This document shows positions 61,329 through 64,000 of a stretch of DNA of 64,000 nt, one piece after another. The notes below the pieces were generated by a model. The model saw only the letters and a program-made list of their open reading frames with translations, was not told where the DNA came from and did not search any database. The DNA is from Methanomassiliicoccaceae archaeon (GTDB taxonomy: Archaea > Thermoplasmatota > Thermoplasmata > Methanomassiliicoccales > Methanomassiliicoccaceae). The translations under genes were made by a program, and so were the position numbers. The DNA lies in contig CAVSJV010000002.1 in the NCBI GenBank assembly GCA_963728405.1, positions 192,001 through 256,000 on the forward strand, in the 5' to 3' direction. Position 1 is the stretch's first letter; each line of letters starts with the position of its first letter.

Positions 61329-62133
61329 TTATCTGGAAAGCAGTTCGGGGTTCACCGTGGCGGTGAATGACAGGTTTACAGCCTCTGGAACGGTGCTAGC
61401 TGTGATCAGCTCCGCGACCGGCTGGGCCATCTGCTGGGAAATGATCTCGACCGTCGGCCTTGTGCCTGAAGTAGGCCTCGACCTCCTCCCGGATCGGAGA
61501 AACAACCTCTTCAGTGATCTGGTGGGTCATGGAATCGATGATATGATTGATCGATCGTTCCATGATGGCGAAGCTCTCGTTGATTGGAGTATCCCCGGCC
61601 AGCTGGAGCAGGCGGTCGTTTTCGAGGACGATGGTGTTCTCGGCAACGTTCCTAAGTTTCTTGATCCCTTCCTTGGCGGTGTCCTGCCTTCCCCTTTCGT
61701 AGGAGAATGGGTTGATAGCGATAGCGAAGGTTACGGCGTTCATTCCCTTGGCGACCTCGGCCACCACGGGCGCAGCGCCGGTCCCGGTCCCGCCGCCCAT
61801 CCCGGCGACGACGATGACGATGTCACTTCCTCGGAGAACGCTCTCCAGAGCCGATCTGGCCATGTCTGCGCAGTGCTCTCCCACCTCAGGGAAGCCCCCA
61901 GCTCCCTGGCCGTGGGTAACATCCTTGCCGATGAGGATCTTCTTATGCGCATCAATCTTCTCCAGTTTGCTCTCGTCGGTGTTGACCGCTATGGTCTCCA
62001 CCCTCTTGTTGCTCCAGTAGATGCTGTTGACGACGTTGTTACCGGCGCCGCCGCATCCCACCACGGAGATCCTCGGCTCTATGAGACCCTTGCTCAGGGT
62101 GGCCACGATCTGTTCGCTCTTGGTTTGCATCAT
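61329..62133 (-). CDS. ftsZ: C-terminally truncated FtsZ homolog (GTPase domain only); probable indel near 61465
   Basis: VGCGGAGNN, AVNTD, GAGG.PEVG, AGMGGGTGTG, PF.YE, NDRL; no GxxNxDFAD and no room for the C-terminal domain. Confidence 0.8.
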
Positions 62134-62245
62134 CCCCACTTCCCTTACTGCCTGTCCAGCAGGTGAGCTGAACGGTCCTGTTGATACAAAACCGTGCATC
62201 CCATCCCTCTACAGATCATATCCCTTCTAGATCTGCCGAGCCGCC

Positions 62246-62629
62246 CTAATCTGGTAACACCTGCACCGTGGTCTTGATAGCCTCAAGTTTTGCCCGCTTG
62301 ATTGTATCAAGAGTTTCCTCAGTATGGATGTACCTCTTCCTTATGCACTCCACCACCGCGTCCTCGGGGGAATTATACATCCCTGCCCGAACCGAGTCCA
62401 TAATGGTCTCATGCGCCAGCCGGGGGATCTCTACCGTTATCATGTTCTTCTTGACCGGATGCTTCGTGGTCCCGGTCGTGCGATCCCCTTCCAGCTGTTC
62501 GATGAACGTTCGAATGGCCACCCTAGCAAAATTGGAACGGTTTGAGTATTCCGGATGCTTTTCGATAAAAGCATCGAGGAGCTCGAGGTCCTCAGGTTCC
62601 AACCGTAGTGATATCCTTTCTCCGTCCAT
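62246..62629 (-). CDS. Ribbon-helix-helix regulator, CdrS-like, with a second RHH-like domain
   Basis: ERISLRL...LDAFIE..PEYSNRSNFARVAIR; second unit MITVEIP...VRAGMYNSPEDAVVECIR; directly upstream of ftsZ. Confidence 0.8.
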   Translation of the reverse strand: MDGERISLRLEPEDLELLDAFIEKHPEYSNRSNFARVAIRTFIEQLEGDRTTGTTKHPVKKNMITVEIPRLAHETIMDSVRAGMYNSPEDAVVECIRKRYIHTEETLDTIKRAKLEAIKTTVQVLPD

Positions 62630-62666
62630 TCTCAGCTCTCCTGCGATTTCAGGACATATTTAGGAA

Positions 62667-62713
62667 TGTCATACAAAGTATATAAAAATATGTCATCTGT
62701 CATATATTGTCAT
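62667..62713 (-). promoter_or_regulatory. RHH-ftsZ promoter: TATA-like element flanked by four TGTCAT repeats
   Basis: TGTCAT at 62667, 62691, 62698 and 62708; minus-strand TTTTTATATA at about 62679-62688. Confidence 0.6.
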
Positions 62714-63251
62714 ATCTATTTTGATACTATGGAAAGGCGACTGGCCAGATATAACATTCTAAACTAATAATTGTTGGTCAGATATGGTCCATTTAATTTC
62801 ACTCGACGCGGGGTGTCATACCCGTGCGACGGGGGTGGGACGCCGTGGGCACGGGGTCAGGGATGCAGGATATTGAAGTTAAGGGGGCCTCATGTGGAGC
62901 AAGCGGCCAATCTTTTACCAAATCCCTTATACTCTTCATCAATCAACCAACAAAATCGTAAACCTATTCCTATCCATTTTTATCATTCACTTCGGGACGC
63001 TCAACCGAGGCCGCTCGAATATGACCTTCTGGCCGCAGCTCTCACACTTATTATCGATCTGTATCAGGTCCCGATCGAACCTAACCTTTTGTAGAAGATT
63101 GCAGGATGGGAAAGGAACGGTCTTGCGAACGGATCGGCCGTAATATTCCATGGATCATGGAAGCCTCCCTAGAACATAAGCGGCTGACGGGGAGAGGTGG
63201 CCGGATACCGATATTCAGAGTTAATGAAATGAAAAAAGGAAAAGTATTGGG

Positions 63252-64000
63252 TTAAGGAGTTTGCCGCATCACGGCTTCCTCGTCCTCAGGGCGACCAGCA
63301 GGACGGCCACGATGGCGGAGATCAAAGCGATCGCGCATTCCAGGACGGTGCCATTCATCCTTCACTATGACTGACAGCACCACGGCCAATATTGCAAAAG
63401 CCATACCTAACAGCATAACGCCATTATAGCCTTTCAAGAACACATAGGGATCCAAATCTGCAAAGGGCGTGTTACCAGAACCACTGAAAATCGTGAAGAA
63501 CGCTGCATAGGAGGCCGCGCCTACGGATGCTCCTAGATATGTCGCAACAGCGATGAGCGCGGCTCCGGTCCCTTTCTCCTTATCATCTATCTTCTCCACT
63601 ATGCGACTCGCAGCTGAACCGCAGGAGCCCCAGAGGACTCCCATTAGGACCAGGGCGATTATCAGAGGGATAGCTCCCATCGTCGGATCGATAAGGAACA
63701 GGATGCCACTGGAGATCGTCATTGCCATGCAGGAGATGGTACTGAACAATCTTCGCCCGGAGCGGTCGGACCATCTGCCGATCGGCACACTGATGATCAG
63801 GGTCATGACCGGCGGTATCAACATGTATATCCCGCTTGTGGCAGGATCGAACCCCATGGCCAGAGAAAGATAGAATGGTGTCAGATACCATATTCCTGTC
63901 CCCACAAGGTTGATGATCAGGTACACTAGGAACACCGAATCGAATATCCAAGAGCGAAATACTCTCAGGTTCAGGATGGGATCCTTGCATCTTTTCTCCC
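63252..64000 (-). CDS. MFS transporter, DHA2-like (5' end outside window; frameshift near 63940)
   Basis: DPILNLRVF, PFYL, GRWSDRSGRR motif, multiple TM segments. Confidence 0.8.
   Translation of the reverse strand, partial: EKRCKDPILNLRVFRSWIFDSVFLVYLIINLVGTGIWYLTPFYLSLAMGFDPATSGIYMLIPPVMTLIISVPIGRWSDRSGRRLFSTISCMAMTISSGILFLIDPTMGAIPLIIALVLMGVLWGSCGSAASRIVEKIDDKEKGTGAALIAVATYLGASVGAASYAAFFTIFSGSGNTPFADLDPYVFLKGYNGVMLLGMAFAILAVVLSVIVKDEWHRPGMRDRFDLRHRGRPAGRPEDEEAVMRQTP

Noticed and set aside
4419-63945. Programmed ribosomal frameshifting as the cause of the split genes
   Set aside because: No common slippery heptamer or downstream structure; unrelated gene families; both insertions and deletions occur

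Overview
Archaeal chromosomal window with moderately high GC. The gene content (archaeal MAT, RfcL, Taw1, FttA/aCPSF1 next to psmB, apgM, por/ior, an MtaA-like protein, cdrS-ftsZ) fits Thermoplasmatota, most plausibly a Methanomassiliicoccus-like methanogen; this assignment is inference, as no rRNA is present. About 65 CDS, one tRNA-Leu and several real pseudogenes were found. About 15 genes carry isolated 1-bp frameshifts that look like assembly consensus errors. Main leads: (1) a decayed, integrase-less island next to tRNA-Leu, marked by two degenerate copies of the tRNA 3' half, carrying an intact aRF1 paralog in which GGQ is GGM and the NIKS/GTS decoding motifs are gone; (2) an FtsZ with only the GTPase domain (no T7 loop, no C-terminal domain), downstream of a double-RHH CdrS-like regulator whose promoter has four TGTCAT repeats; (3) a seven-gene SPFH/zinc-ribbon/NfeD membrane cluster resembling pspA-ydjGHI; (4) a candidate structured sRNA of about 115 nt at 4.9-5.0 kb. 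All family calls come from motif recognition by eye; no searches were run.
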